DNA of 63,192 nt, the filler included, from Globobulimina sp. (lineage: Eukaryota): assembly GCA_003354225.1 (NCBI GenBank). It is 43 parts of 43 records of this genome, joined end to end, with 100 filler letters (N's around TTAATTAATTAA, not from the genome) between each part and the next. Parts side by side here need not be neighbours in the genome. Positions count along the whole stretch, not along the records: positions 61,822 to 63,192 come from PIVH01017783.1; 42 more parts are not named here. The stretch is one strand, 5' to 3'. The notes under the pieces are model-generated. The model had not been told where the DNA came from, did no database searches, and saw only the letters and a program-made list of their open reading frames with translations. The position numbers and the translations under genes are program-made. This document shows, piece after piece, positions 61,822 to 63,192 of the stretch. Numbering within the stretch: position 1 is the first letter of the stretch; the number at the start of each line of letters is the position of its first letter.

Positions 61822-63150
61822 GAAACGTGTAACACGTACAGTAATCAACCATGCAACGCATCAATTGTCTGCGTTGATAATTTCGCCTTAAATATACCAC
61901 AGATATTAATGAATAATATTTATGAAATTACATTGCTAATTCCATATATCAATAAACAAGATATCTGTTCTGAATTTATATTTGATAGTGATGTGACGTT
62001 AAATTGTACGGTTTCATTCAATTTGATTGATGCAATGATATCAAATGACGATAAAACATTATCTTTATTTTCAACCTATTCATTAGTTTTGTTTGTTTTA
62101 TGGTTTCTATACAGTATTCCTGTTTTTTTTATAGCCTTAAATTATTTTAGGAGTCAGACATTTTCATCATTAAAATCTCGAAAAAAAGGAAGTTATGGTG
62201 CTATTTTAAAAGGAAGAGGTGTATTAAATAAATTTTCATATTTCATGGATTTTATCGATTGTATAACTGATTTAGTTTCAAGTATTAATTTAATGTTAAC
62301 AGCGCCCACCGCATTTAATCCTTCTTTATGGAGAGTTTGTGGTTCAATATCAATAATATCGACAATATTGGGTTTATGTTTATTTTTATGTAAAATTAAG
62401 ATATTAACCAAGTTATTCCCACCAATTGTTCAGTGGAAAAATGAAATTAAAGAATATGAAGAAAGTATGAAAATATTAATTGACAAAAAAGAAGGAAATA
62501 GTTCAAAACATATTAAGTTATGGAAACAATTGAAAAGGTCGCATAAAAAAAGAAGTAAATATTTAGCACATATTTTAATGTATGATTTATTTGCAGCATC
62601 AGTTGAAGACTCAGTGCAATGTGTAATTTTATTTTATTTACAATATGAAACTTTTCAGAGTGCCACAAGAGAGGATGTTTGGAATTGGATTTTATGGTTA
62701 AAATTAATTATATCTTTATTTGGTATGGTAATGAAAATATTTAATGTATTCACAATACGTTTTAGTTTTCATTCCGAAAAATTAGATTTATCATTAAAAC
62801 CAGCCAATGCAGATGAATTTGATCATACTGACGATATTATGGAGCCTGTAATCTTTGCAGATCATGATAACTTTAACCATTTTACAAATCAAACAATTCC
62901 AAAAAATACAAAAAATATCTTGGATTTAAAAGTTCCTGTTTTTACAACTGGCCATGGCGAAATGGGTGAGATTGATGTTAATAAATCCGGATATAATGAT
63001 ATCGATGATGATCAATCAAAATCTGATACAAATGTGTCACAAGAAAAAAATACAGTCACTGTTGGTTGTGATGATGCAATAAATGTTGAAATGGTTCAGG
63101 TGCAAATGTGTAATGATGATGATTATGAATCAGATTCAGAGGTACCGTGA
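61822..63150 (+). CDS. Multi-pass membrane protein with acidic tail, C-terminal part
   Basis: Five hydrophobic helices with DFID..TD and EDSVQ motifs. Confidence 0.6.
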   Translation, partial: ETCNTYSNQPCNASIVCVDNFALNIPQILMNNIYEITLLIPYINKQDICSEFIFDSDVTLNCTVSFNLIDAMISNDDKTLSLFSTYSLVLFVLWFLYSIPVFFIALNYFRSQTFSSLKSRKKGSYGAILKGRGVLNKFSYFMDFIDCITDLVSSINLMLTAPTAFNPSLWRVCGSISIISTILGLCLFLCKIKILTKLFPPIVQWKNEIKEYEESMKILIDKKEGNSSKHIKLWKQLKRSHKKRSKYLAHILMYDLFAASVEDSVQCVILFYLQYETFQSATREDVWNWILWLKLIISLFGMVMKIFNVFTIRFSFHSEKLDLSLKPANADEFDHTDDIMEPVIFADHDNFNHFTNQTIPKNTKNILDLKVPVFTTGHGEMGEIDVNKSGYNDIDDDQSKSDTNVSQEKNTVTVGCDDAINVEMVQVQMCNDDDYESDSEVP

Positions 63151-63192
63151 TTATTAATAATGATACAGATGATTCCTTTTTTTTTTAGTATT

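Noticed and set aside
521-62411. Many short ORFs antisense to or overlapping recognised genes, and ORF ends reading XXX-LIN
   Set aside because: Shadow frames without motifs; the LIN/N endings are translations of the linker.
1-63192. Operon-like or gene-cluster interpretation (e.g. WWE + ART, RT + RNase H, integrase + ssb as one system)
   Set aside because: The pieces sit on different contigs ordered only by length; there is no physical linkage. The RT and RNase H also look like different non-LTR clades.

Overview
This window is not one locus. It is 43 unrelated short contigs (9 of 1373 bp, 21 of 1372 bp, 13 of 1371 bp, sorted by decreasing length) joined by 42 artificial 100-bp linkers (N44-TTAATTAATTAA-N44, stops in all six frames), so nothing can be inferred from adjacency across a linker. 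Most contigs are gene fragments of an AT-rich eukaryote with short GT-AG introns (mostly 49-80 nt) and Kelch, SPRY, WWE, FG-GAP, C2, CAP-Gly, C2H2, P2X, Patched/NPC1, S28 peptidase, PolA-family, kinase and transporter genes. The gene content suggests a protist, possibly foraminifer/rhizarian-like (inference, not proven). One contig is fully bacterial, and at least three join eukaryotic and bacterial pieces at probable artefactual junctions. Most notable: (1) a PPR protein ending in a DYW-type cytidine deaminase domain, a candidate organellar RNA-editing factor outside plants; (2) three separate contigs encoding one family with toxin-like ADP-ribosyltransferase motifs ([R/H]G...ST[S/T]...ExE), implying a large expansion; (3) a CRE-clade-like RT, an RNase H LINE end, three MITE-like elements (two with target-site duplications) and a tRNA-derived element with a collapsed anticodon loop.
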